Shown here: one piece after another, positions 25,497 through 38,650 of the stretch | Layout of the letters: each line of letters starts with the position of its first letter | How positions within the stretch are numbered: position 1 is the stretch's first letter | Assembly (NCBI RefSeq): GCF_006345805.1 | Contig: NC_043007.1 | Coordinates: 7,068,001 to 7,132,000 of the forward strand | From: Octopus sinensis | Lineage: Eukaryota | Direction: 5' to 3' | Length of the DNA stretch: 64,000 nucleotides | The notes under the pieces: model-generated | What the model saw: the letters and a program-made list of their open reading frames with translations, nothing else | Told to the model about the DNA's origin: nothing | Databases searched by the model: none | Position numbers and translations under genes: made by a program

Positions 25497-26644
25497 TAAA
25501 GAAAAGAGAAAAGGATGTATTAATTCCCGCGAGAGGTGACTGTATATGTCAACTCTGACTCTTTTTCTCTTTAAGCTATATCGCAAGCGCTCAGCATTTC
25601 CTCTTAAAATTTCATTAAGCTACTGTCATCCCTTTCGTCATGATGTTCCTTCTAGAATATACTGCAAGGCTTTAGGAAAGGGCCCAAATATCTATTCTAC
25701 AGGATAAATAATTGTGTTTACAGAGGTTTCATCAAACCAAAAAAATATGATAAATTCTCATCAACTAATACATACCTATTGTCCTTAATTCCTCCCAGCA
25801 GATTTGAATGCGAATATGCTGATTGCTGTTGTACTTTGTCTTTGGAGAATAAACTCGTATTTCTGACGTTCTGTACTCAAAACACTATTCACTGAGGTAA
25901 TGGGCTCTGAAACACCGCGGTGTTTCGATCTGTTTATGTCCCTTTCGTGACAGCTAAGCTCAGTTCAAAACTAGAAATATAAAATTCAGCCAAAAATCAT
26001 ATTTACTGATGTGTGCTATAGTCTCTCAAGCGGATAATAAATTACAAACAAATAATGTATTTGCTCAAATATTTTGTACAAATTAGACTTACACCATCCC
26101 GCAGGATTGCTGGCCTTGTGACAAAATTCCCAACCATCTTATATGTAAGGAATGTGCATAACATTAACAAACGATTATTTATTATCACATGAAACTAATT
26201 CGCTTTCGTCAAAATGTGTTTCTTTTTTCCAACGTTTAAGCTGCCAATTACTTCTGCTGAATAAAAAAAAAAGCAACTTATTTTCCCATCTTTTTCATTG
26301 TGAGGAATGTTGTTTCAATCATAGATTGTTATTGTTATAAAATTCAACTGTTGCCGATTCAGATTATGAAGAAAAATTATTAATTGGATCGAAAGGCATC
26401 TAATAGGATTAAACTAGAAATTAATTGTGCAAAATTTGTTTCGTAGATACATTTACTTAATCCGCTTCCAACATCCAATATGTTCCGTTATCATGCTTTC
26501 GGAATTTTTATGAAAAAAACTAATTCGTGCGCTAAAAATGTAATTATCTAATAAAGAGGATATTTTGCGGCATTTATATTTGTCACCTGGGTATATTATC
26601 CATCATGTTTCCTCTAAGTTCCGTCTTAGTATATATATTTCTCT

Positions 26645-26971
26645 TTCTCTCTCTCCGCCGGTTACGACGACGAGGGTCCCAGCTGATACGATCAACGGAA
26701 CAGGTTGCTCGTGAAATTAACGTGCAAATGGCTGAGCATTCCACAGACACGTGTACCCTTAACGTAGTTCTCGGGGATAATCAGCGTGACACAGAGAGTG
26801 ACAAGGCTGACCCTTTGAAATACAAGTACAACTCATTTTTGCCAGCTGAGTGGACTGGAGCAACGTGAAATAAAGTGTCTTGCTCAAGGACACAACGCGT
26901 CGCCGGGAATCGAACTCACAACCTTACGATCATGAGCCGAATGCCCTAACCACTAAGCCACGCGCCCTCAC
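26645..26971 (-). mobile_element. tRNA-derived SINE (family 2 head)
   Basis: Minus strand: gagggcgcgtggcttagtggttagggcattc..gttcgattcccg..gtgtccttgagcaagacacttt. Confidence 0.85.
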
Positions 26972-27020
26972 TAGTATATATATTTATGTATAGTTGATGG
27001 GCAAGTTATACGTGTATAAT

Positions 27021-27083
<63 letters not shown>

Positions 27084-27332
27084 AGACACATTAATATACA
27101 TCTTTGGTAAAAAGTCACACGACAGTAAATCAAAATTCCACAAATACTAACTGTAATTCTGTATTGACTCGAATGGAAACGACTTCAACGACTTCAGTTT
27201 GAACAATTATTTTGGTGTTTCATATTTAGATGCTTTTATTAAATTCATTCAGTTCATAAACATAAATAAATCTTGGAATGAATTAAATGGTTTTGATTTA
27301 CTGTCAAGTGACCTTTGGCCAACCCCCCTCTG

Positions 27333-27458
<126 letters not shown>

Positions 27459-27545
27459 TATTAGAGACAAAACCACTATTTTGCAAAACAAACAAGGAAA
27501 GACTTAATCAATACATAAAATTTTAATAAATAGTCAAAAAAACCG

Positions 27546-27588
27546 CCACTACAATCGTTTCTTGTCTTGATCGACAATCTTCAGGTGG
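27546..27588 (-). ncRNA. Minimal type-I hammerhead ribozyme motif (family A)
   Basis: Identical to 95-137. Confidence 0.8.
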
Positions 27589-27624
27589 ACTTCCAATAAG
27601 TCATGAAACTGACTTATTGGAAGT

Positions 27625-27667
27625 CCACCTGAAGATTGTCGATCAAGACAAGAAACGATTGTAGTGG
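27625..27667 (+). ncRNA. Minimal type-I hammerhead ribozyme motif (family A)
   Basis: Identical to 2445-2487. Confidence 0.85.
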
Positions 27668-29432
27668 CGGTTTTTTTGACTATTTATTAAAATTTTATGT
27701 ATTGATTAAGTCTTTCCTTGTTTGTTTTGCAAAATAGTGGTTTTGTCTCTAATAATATTTTATAATATTTTACTATAAAATTGGATTTAATCCTAAATCT
27801 GATTTTTCCCTGTAAATTTGGATTTATTCCCTAATATTTATTATTTATATATATATATATATATAACAAATGGATGACAAAAGGATTGGCGTTATATAAT
27901 CACGTTCATTATCTCACAGCTGTTTCTGCTGAGGAAAACCGAGCACTCAAAGAATAGTTGTGACTCATCTTTAAGCATCCTAAATGCTATTTGAAATGAC
28001 TGTTTCTTTGTTGCAGTTCAGTAAGTAGACATACAGCGGCGCTTGGAACGAAAATGTATTATAATACCATATATTAGTGATAGATAGATAGAGAGAGAGA
28101 GAGAGAAAGAAAGAGATCATATGTCAGTTAATCATGTCGAAAGGAATTAATTTCTGTATAGATGTGCGATAGATTTATCGTTTGTTTCATCGTCATCGAT
28201 AGTTCAATTACCACCAAATCTACGTAAAAAATAATTAACTCTCATTTCATATTAGTTGCCATGGATATTTGCAATAATGACTGATGTTGATAATAGACTC
28301 TTTTCCATTTTTTTTTTATCTATAAAATACTGCAAAAGGGGAAAAAAATTTTAAGACATCCATATTTAATGGAACCGATTACTGTTACGTTACAGAATGC
28401 CGCTTAAATTGTAGATTATCTTCGTTCCATCGAAAATATATATTTATTGCTTTAAAATAGTGCTTTCCAGAATAACGACGTATTTCTTACAGATTTTAGC
28501 TAAAAATCTCGTAGCTGTTATTTCAACCAACTCGTAAGGATTTCATCCATTCTTGATGTAACCGTTACTTTTTTCCGATATCACATCTCGTCAAGTTTTA
28601 TTTCATATTCCTTTCCTTTCTTCTCATCTAAGCTACCCTAGACATCTCTCTTCTTTTATTTCCACATTTCCAGTAACATGTCTATGAAAAGGATTCTCCC
28701 AGTCACTTACTTCACCGTTTTTTTTTCTCCCCAAGTAAAGGATTCTGTAAATAATTTCCATAAACAAATTTTCTGAGGCGCAAAGAAACTGATTGGGAGG
28801 TGAAGAGACTGATAGAGAGAAGAAAAGAGAGAGCTGTGAAAGGTGGGGGAGGGGAGGCCAATTGACCTTTCGCTATTGAAGAAAGGCAAAGCTAAGCTCG
28901 TCGAGATTCGAACTGAGTATGCAGAGATAGCCGAAACAACAATTACGATGCATTTGATCCGTCGCTCTAACAACACAACCAATTCCTTACGTTTCATTAT
29001 TGCAATGCTTCAATTAATTGACACCATATTAGGAAATACTTAAATGCCCCTGAGAAAGTGGCATAAGGATGCAAAACGTAGAAGTGTCTATAGATCCAAA
29101 ATCGTCATTTTAATCATATAGATTACGCAAAGGGGAATGAGGAAAATGTGCCATTAACCATTACAGACACTCTTATTTTGGAAAGCATCATGTTTTGATG
29201 TCTAACTTGGCTATGTTTAGGCCAATGTGTGCTGGGAAGTAAGTATTTACTTTGTCAATTCTCAGCAGGAACGATTGGGGGCAGCGTTTAGTGCTGCGAT
29301 TGAATGACACTTGATAGAATAAGAGTACCAAAAGAAACTGAGACAACCGAGTTTAGTGCGAGTAGGTTGAGAAATTAGGGAGTTAGAGACCTGAAAGAAA
29401 GTAGAGAGATTGTGGTAGAGATGAGGTTGAAG

Positions 29433-29470
<38 letters not shown>

Positions 29471-30156
29471 AGAAAAGGACAGAGAGGCAGACAAAAGGGA
29501 GAGAGACAAAGTGAGATGGAGGATGTTGAAAGGTTTTGTGAAAATGAAGTGGAAACCATCGCAGCATCACAGAAAACCTGAAAATAGCATTTCTTTCAAT
29601 AATTCTTCCCAATCGTTTAAACTTTTCAAGCAATGCATTGCAAAGTGAATAATATATGAGTATTAGCTAAATTAATGCTTTAAAAGATTTCCTAAGACTT
29701 AGATTAGTTTTATTAGCTCTCGGTGCTCCGTTTTTTGGTCGAGCCACTCCTGTTAATATCTCTGAACAAGCATTGACGAATGTGGTAAGAGCTAATTATA
29801 ACTATGAGCTTGATTTCGATGCATTAAAATAATAGCAACGAAAAATTATTGAGACAACGAAATTGATTTGTTCGTTCTGCATTTTATTGAAGAATACTTG
29901 AACTGTTTGAAGCGCAACGGAAAAAGACTGGTCGTAAAATTAAGTTCGTAAAAGTTCCTACTGGACGTTCGAACGAGAAAATACAATCGCATGTATGTGT
30001 GAGCGCGTGTGTGTGGTGTATGTGTGTACATGCATACATAAAACGTGGAACTATTTCATATTTATCCTTCCTATTTGTCATGTATAATGTTCATTGTCTT
30101 TACATTATACATGCATACATACTTGCATCTATATATACACACACACACACACACAC

Positions 30157-30575
30157 AGAGGGTGCACTGAATAAACTATGGACTACATTACGCAAAAACG
30201 AAAATCACTGTGACATCTCACTGGAACAGATACATTTATCGAAATTACATAAGACTATCTTCAAATACTAAAGAGTAAATTTCTTCAATAAAATCGCCAT
30301 TGGCCTCACCTACGACATCAAGACGACTTCGGAATCTTCTGCAAATCTTCTGGACGGTCTCCTTGTGTAAATTGGTGAATGCTGCTAAAATTCTTGCCTT
30401 CAGATTATCATTTATGTTATCAGGAGTTTTGTTTGTCTCTCACTTATCTGCACAGCACACATAATAATCAAGGGGATTGCAGTCTGGGGAGTTAGGTGGC
30501 CAGATGTTAGGAGTACTGAGGTCGCAGAAATTGTCTAGCAGATATGACGGGGTTCTCTTGCTTGTATGGCTCCGG
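30157..30575 (-). mobile_element. Tc1/mariner-superfamily (maT-like) transposase 3' remnant
   Basis: Minus-strand PNIWPPNSPDCNPLDYYV motif; TIR-like cagagggtgc..aataaa at the left end. Confidence 0.75.
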
Positions 30576-30806
30576 TTTGGTGAAAATTCTTTGTCCTCGC
30601 TACACAATCAATCTTACTGGTCCTATAAATGGGGAAGGAAAAATATGTAAAATAAAAAAAGCAAACAAACAACAGTAGGAAGAAAAACGACACAAATTAA
30701 CAAGACGGGAGATTATGAAAGTGACGAACAGAAGCAGAATTTCCGAATTGGATATGTATATATATATATATATATATATATGGTACTGTGTGTATGTGGG
30801 TGCATA

Positions 30807-30879
<73 letters not shown>

Positions 30880-31209
30880 TTGTATGTAGGTGTATGCGTG
30901 CGTGCATGTGCATAGAGTACGTATGTACGTAACTAAATATTTGGTGGAATTAAAAGTCACGAAAATCCGCAATTTAGAAGTGAGATGAAGATGGCCAGTG
31001 ATAAAAAGAGGAAGCAAAGATTTGATTTGAATGTTTAGGTGTTGTTTTTACCACAGAAAGCAAACACGTAGCAACCATCCTGTTTTAATGGATATTTGTC
31101 CATGAAAGACGTTTCTGCATTCTTTGATCTATTTCACTACACACACGCACGCACGCGCAGAGAGAGAGAGAGATACACCTATCCACGTATGTGATTGTGT
31201 GTCTGTTAC

Positions 31210-31289
<80 letters not shown>

Positions 31290-34200
31290 ACATATATATA
31301 TACATATATATATACATACATATATCAGATTGTATACTTTAGCCCATATTTAAGCAGAGTGCATATACACATATTACGTTATTGATTTGAAGAGCAATCA
31401 CCAAAAGCAAATACTGTATATTCAATCAATAATATTATCATTGAAGACGGAGCTACGAAAATATTTCCATAGAATAGTCATTTCATTGTCTATACACAGC
31501 ATTCTGGTATCGTTTAAATTTCCACTGCACAAATATATGTGTTTAACAAACGTATTAATTTTTCAGTTAAATCTTTTGTCGTAAGCTTGGCATGTGTGTA
31601 TGGCTGATGTTTGTATGTGTATGAACTGCGAGTACATCGCGACTTTCTGTTTGAATACAGAGAACATATGAAAGCTTGAACAATCGACAACCAATATTGG
31701 AACTCCATTTGTTCGACTACGAATACTATTTTCCGATAAAGTTTTTTTTCTCTCTTTTCAATGTCACTTTATTGAAATCTAATAATAATAATGGAATGTT
31801 TGTTATTCATTATTATTGTTGATGTTAGTAATTTTTTTTATGTTATCACTATTATCATTAAAATCGTCATCAATATTCATTTTTATTATCAATTTTACTT
31901 TTAACATTTATCTGGTTCTTACAGTACTTAATCATCAGAGCATTGAGACAGTAGATGGCAAAGTAATAGTCAACCTCACATTCCCTCTCTTTTATAAATC
32001 TTTATATCCTCCCTAATTTAAACTAAATCAATATTCTTATTCTCCTTTAATATAATTCTTTTATTCTATATTCATTTAATCTAATATTCTGAAATGATGC
32101 ACTTTTTACAATCTCGGAATTTAATCAAATTCTTTTCTTAGCTTTTTAAATCATATTTGTATGAAATTATTGATACTAGTTACTACGTTATCCTTTATCT
32201 CTTCTGTTTCTAAAATTTTATAGTATTTATTTTCTTATCGAATGATCAGGATGTATATTTTATTGCCTAAACAAGCGGGAGGTTGATGCTTATGACATTT
32301 CATAGGGATTTTGAGATAGAATGCGGAGCATCTCCTCAAACTGAATATATATGACCCGTATGCTTACAATTGAGTAGAACCCGCTAAGTTTATTCAAAGA
32401 CCACGTGGTGATAGAAAACTGATTAAATAAAACAGACAAGTATTCCACAATGAGATTTTGGAAATAGCCAAGAATTATGTTGCAAGACATCCCACCCAAC
32501 GATTCGTGCAATCCAGTTCTCTAGATTAATACTCGATTCATTATCTCAGCGTAATTTGATCTCAGAATCCTAAGAAGACGGAAAAAATGCAAGAAAGCAT
32601 TTGACCCGATGCTGTAGGAACGGTGCCAATTGGCCGACTTCTCAGAATCTGTAGGGAATATATGACCCAAGTTCTGTGTAGTTCTAGGTTAATCTTTAAT
32701 CAAGTAAAAAACATTATTAAATACACGCCGATCATGCCACAACGCGTGTACAGGAAGCATAACTAGAACCAAATTACACATTATGTTTGTCTGCTTTTAA
32801 AACGACATTCTAAGGTTTGAATAGGATTTTCCAGTTTCTGAAGTTTCATCTTTTGCTTGTCTTCCAATAATCTTCGTGAGGCTTCAGATGTAGAATGTCA
32901 GAGTGAAGAGAGTTCAAAAGAAAATTCCAATTGCCATTTCGAATATTTGAGCTACCGTAGGTCAGTTGGGACAAGATGGTAGTTTGGTTAGTTAGCGATC
33001 TTTCATTATTTGCTCCACGTTGTAAGTAGACAGGATATTAGCATCCTGTAATGTATGGGGTTTTGCATTACATCCACGCCAGTAACCACGTCGTTAGACA
33101 ACCAGTTTGTCATGCTATTTGCGAGTCGAATACGGCTGTGTAATGAATTAATATAAATATCAATATATTTTATTCAATTCTCTAAAGATATACCTCGTTA
33201 AGGAATTTAAGCAAATGGCTGCTAACAATATCCAGAGTTATTACCATAACACAAGCTGACCCACTCACAGTTGCAAGGTATGTAATCCCTGCTAAGTTCA
33301 CAAGAATATTGTGTTCTCTCCAACGTATTGTCATTTGGCCTACTATCATAGGGTCTAAGCTCACATTTGATTCATTGACTCGAATCCATTTGTGCGAAAT
33401 ATGTCAAGTATTTGAAATAGATATTGAATGTCATAATTCCCGTGTACCCCCACCCCAATACGTATATATATATATGTGTGGGGGGGGGCGTACTTAAATC
33501 TCCATGTGAACCATGTATTACATCAGTATTACATACTGATGGATATTCTGTGGAATGTCTGTTCTTCTACTCATACATTGATTCCATTTACTCGTCGTAC
33601 ATTTAAAGCCTGTTGTTGACATCGACAATGACGATCGAAATAGGAAATCATAAGTTTTATCTTACGGATTACTCGACTTAAATTTTTCTGCTCCGGGCTG
33701 ATGCGATCCAGCTGTGTATATCAGCGTTCAATCTCCTCGTCCAATATTTAACCATGGTTGTAAGAACCTGCCCTGAAATGTCGCACATCAATACAATTGC
33801 GAATATAATATTCGTTTGCATTAAACATATTTTCCCAAAATATATTCTGTATGCTATGATTAGGTATTCTGATAATGTATGCAAAGCATATATTTTATTT
33901 ATCTGCTACGACTTTTTTTTTTCATAAATATATACATTGATATCTGGTGCTATGTCTAGACGCTTGAATTCGCATAAACATTGCTTATATTCAATCATGT
34001 ATCAACACACTTCATTATGCCTTGGCCTTTACGACATATGTTCCATTTCATTCAAATTCAATTACTGATACATTCACCCAGATGGTATTTGTGCACGTCG
34101 AAGTGTATATATTATTATATCAAATCTAGTCTGTAATAATCGATTGGAGAAATTAAATTTTGATCGTACCACGTGAATAGTTTATGTCTGTCAAATCACA

Positions 34201-34344
34201 CTGCAAATAATAGACATTGTATTAAGTTCTTTTTAAACGGGAATATATAAAAATTATATACGTCTGGGTTTGTATGCGTGTGGAGTGTCATGTGTGTGTA
34301 TACATGGAATCGAGAATTATATATAAATATATATATATGTATAT

Positions 34345-34407
<63 letters not shown>

Positions 34408-34814
34408 ATCATATAGATATAATTATAAATAAGGGTACTGATACGACAATACATACATATACATGTGTATACACACACTCACACAAACATGTACGTATGT
34501 ATGTATGTATGTATGTATGTATGTATGTATGTATGTAGTATGTATGTATGTATGTGTGTATATATATGTAAGTATGTGTACATATATGGGTGTATAAAAT
34601 TCCTTGAAAATTTTCTTCGTACAGATACAATATTTGAAATAAGATTTTCTTAAATCAACAAATATTAATAAAAAGGAAAAAAATACGTTTAACCGACCTA
34701 GCACTGACATGGACGTTTTATGTTCAAAATGCTCAAGTTAAGCAAACAGGGCCCTTCCATCGACCCTTGTAGTTGTGTGGTTCGTCATTTTATGAAACGA
34801 TGGAAAGCATATAT

Positions 34815-34977
34815 ATATACGACGGGCTTCTTTCAGTTTCTGTCTACCGAATCCACCCAAGTCTTTGGTCAGCCTGAGGCTATAGTAGAAGACACTTGCC
34901 CAAGGTGACACGCAGTGGGAATGAACTCGGGACCATGTGGTTGGTAAGCAAGCTACTTACAACACAGCCACTCCTGC
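34815..34977 (-). mobile_element. tRNA-derived SINE (family 3) 5' half
   Basis: Reverse complement of ggagtggctgtg..gcttaccaaccacatggt..ccactgcgtg.caccttgggcaagtgtcttctactatagcc. Confidence 0.85.
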
Positions 34978-37389
34978 TTGAATTGCAGGCAAAACAATTT
35001 GTTTTGTTCGTGTTTTGTAGCTGTTAGTTTGAATTTTCTGTGATTCATTGCAGTAAATTTTGGAAATCTCTGTATTTGTTTAATAATAGGTTTATAATTG
35101 AACAAGACCCTGGTCTACTGCTTCCTTGTCAAATATTCTTTTATGTCAAAAAACGTAGGGTTTTGTATTCTTAATGCTATCATTATTTGCGTTGTGGTTC
35201 TGGTTAGTCTCCTTAATTTGTTTAACATTCAGTTTATATTAGTATAACAATACATTATTACTCACACAAATACAGTAATTATACCAATTACCTTACTTTC
35301 CTTTGCATTACCTCTGAGTTAGGTATTCACCAAGTATTATCTTAATCCGTCCATAATATTCCTTCCTAAATTTTCTCGCATTTATGTTTCGCAGTCTGTT
35401 TGTTTCTTCGATGCCAAGATATTTCTATGTCTGTCTTTTGTTTAATTCCATTATCTCCATTACTTTATCTATCATAATATTAATTTATCTCCATTCAATG
35501 TTGTTTTGCGACATATTTCTAATCTTCATATTTCTAATTCTTGTAGTGAAGCCATGCAAAGTCTGCAGCGACGCATTTTCACTCATTGATTTTCTTCAGC
35601 TTACTTTTTCCCTAATTTTTGGTTTGCTTTCGCTTTCTTAATACCTCATTCATACCATCTTCATTATGGTCGTCTCTGTCGGTTATAGAATTGTCTTATA
35701 ATATTCATATGTGTTGCTTATAGTATTGCTATTTAGTGGCAATGTAACATAATTTTCATTAATCGTGGGGCAATTCTCTGGATATGGTCCCAGCTATGTC
35801 TGTCCGTAAGACAAGCAATGTCTTGTGCCTGAGACCAGAACTCCGTTGCGGGCATCATCTGACCCTTTTAATGTGTTAGCCGCTGTTTTTGTCTGAAATA
35901 TATTCTAGCCCCAAGACAGTATTGGAGATACGGTTCTAAGGATATGTTTTTAACTTAATGTCAGTGAGTTGCAGCAATTGGAAAACGACCCTGAAGGCCT
36001 TCGCATGTTTCCTTTGAGTGTTGTGTGGTGGGGTTTTTATATTATGTCTAGTGTTTGAAGTACTTTATCGCTGTTAAAAGAACCAGGCACGTATGTCCCT
36101 ACTGAAAGATATTCTCAATGTATTCTCAAAGTACCGGTGTTGTCATGTGGTTTCTAAGATGCTTTCGGATGATAAAGCACCGTTGGGGAAAATAAGAGAC
36201 AAATGAAGTGAAGTGTTGTGTGCATAATACTGGGCCCTTTTTGGTTGTGGCGACAACTAGGCTGGTGTTATATATAAGGAGCGCCTGAGTTGATTGAGAA
36301 TGTGTCAGATAGAAATTTATCAACGCATGTTAAAGAGATAGGAAACTATGAGTCCATTGTTGGGAGATTTAATGCAGGATCTGTGAGCGAGATACGGTCG
36401 AAGACTTTGCTGATATGGCATTTGATCGATCTAATCCGCTTAAATGGAAGTGTATTTAACATGATATCAATATAGTTAATCAGTTTTATCATTTTCACGG
36501 TTATACTGAAGCCATCTCTTTATCAGCCATAGCTCAGGAACTGAGGTCCGACCAATATATAAATGATGTTTCATTATCCCCAAGGGGTTTGGTTTCCAAT
36601 CCAATCATGTTTCCTTTTTTATTATTCTTCTGGTTAAACTTGTGTGCACTGGACAGAAAAATAGAGTGGACAAATAGCATCTCTCACGAATATTGCTTGT
36701 CTAACGCAAATATTTTGTATTTCTCTGCAGAATGTATAGCTATTTTGCTTACAGATTCAATGGGTCCGGTAACTGTTAATTCGGTTTCAGACATGGCTGA
36801 AGATTTCAGAAACTTTTCTGATGAACAGAGTAAAACCCCCGTCCTGACCCTAGCCACATTCAGATGGCTGATCCCCCTTATGTTATAGAGTAAAAGACTT
36901 TCTGATAAATGTTCATCTCCTGCCCAGACCCGTCCTTTGTAGTATTATTGTTCATTATTGATCGTTACACTCCTATAAACGTTTGCTGTACCCCTTATGT
37001 TTTCTTTCGGCAAATTCATCGTTTTCCCGTAAATGTTTATTTCACAAGAAAGAAGAACGAAGACAGGTTTTCACATTTGAATAGGACTTACTGTTTCCTT
37101 TGTTTCACGGATTGCAGCCTCCCTTCCTCGTTACTCCATTCACTCTAGGATTGATTGGGTTGTAATAGCTTCAAAACATTATTAGCTGCGGTCAGTTTTA
37201 ATTTTAGGACTAAATACGAACCCCTTATTTACACTCCCCGGAATTATTTTTCACGATCTCGTTTTCTGTGCCACACATTCGTTTAGGCTTCCTTCCAACC
37301 TCATTTAACTCTTTAATGGCGGAGATCATTTTAAGATCTATATTTGCTGGTATGACCAGTATTCTTCTTTTAGAGACAGCCGTAACGCA

Positions 37390-37510
37390 CTTCTTCTTCT
37401 TACTTCGTCTTCTTCCTTCTTCTTTTTCGTTCTTCTTCTTCTTCTTCTTCTTCTTCTTCTTCTTCTTCTTCTTCTTCTTCTTCTTCTTCTTCTTCTTTTT
37501 CTTCTTCTTT
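37390..37510. repeat. (TTC)n microsatellite
   Basis: Direct inspection. Confidence 0.95.
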
Positions 37511-38580
37511 TCCTCCCCTTCGGCCCCTATCTCTTCTTTTGTTTCGTATACTGCTCATCACCAATATCTAGAATAACAGACTAATGACAGAAAACTTAGT
37601 GAAACTATTGTTCGTAATTTTATGATTGTATAATGCCATCCACGACAGCTGAAGGGGGGGGGGTTGAGATAGGAATTTGGTCCTTTAATTATGACATTTA
37701 TTGTGCTTGCTTGTGTGTGTGTGGTTACAATCTTGCAACTAAATAAAAACGTATTCTTAATTCGAATATGGAGTTACACACACACACACACGTGTGTGTG
37801 TAGTATGTATGTGTTTATGACTGGTTCGCTGAATGGGTTGATACACGCACGGTCATGTAATGCATATGGCAATGTTTATACACAGAACAAAGTAACTAAA
37901 TGTCTACGTTTTTCCTTCATAGCTGACATATTTCCTTTTAAGAATGTCGAGCCAATTTCGTAAAAAGCAAAACCATGATATAGACGGCTGATTCCAAACA
38001 GACGTTCTTTGTTGTTTTCAGTCGTAGCTACAGTTCCTTAATGGAAAATATTTCTCTAAATAGAATTACATCTTAAGAAGTCTAAAAGATGAATTTTATT
38101 GGCAGCTTTAAAAGTATTGTATATTCTTTTGCATGATCATTAGACTAAACCTAGCAAGAGATCTCTTTGAAAACAAGACATATATATATAAATATATGAT
38201 TGTGTGTGTGTGTGTGCGTGCGTGTGTGGATATGTTTTTAAAGAAGGATGAGGTGAATGTACTGAAGCCGGAGCTGTTCATGTTCCTTTTTCTCTATCAA
38301 TATGCATATTAGTAAATGAGAGAAGCTGGCTAAATTTGTTTTGGTAATTTCCTTGTCTACTTTTTTGTGAAATAGGTTAACAGTCTAAAACTATATCGAT
38401 TCATTCATAGCAGAACACTTATGGCCCAATTATATGAAAGTTCTTCCTAATTTCCGTTCGTCTAAAATGCCTTGTCTCCCTGTATTTATTTCTACCAAGA
38501 TATGATTTAATGACATTGTAAATATATCCACAAAGACACACAGACACACTAGAAACTAATAGGTTTCAGGCATATATATA

Positions 38581-38650
<70 letters not shown>

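Noticed and set aside
27910-28025. Minus-strand GAAACAGCTGT, like family D
   Set aside because: No CTGANGA partner, and the triplet would be GTG.
32800-37260. Possible ancient minus-strand LINE (endonuclease/RT traces)
   Set aside because: Motifs too degraded to call by eye; needs tBLASTn or HMM search.
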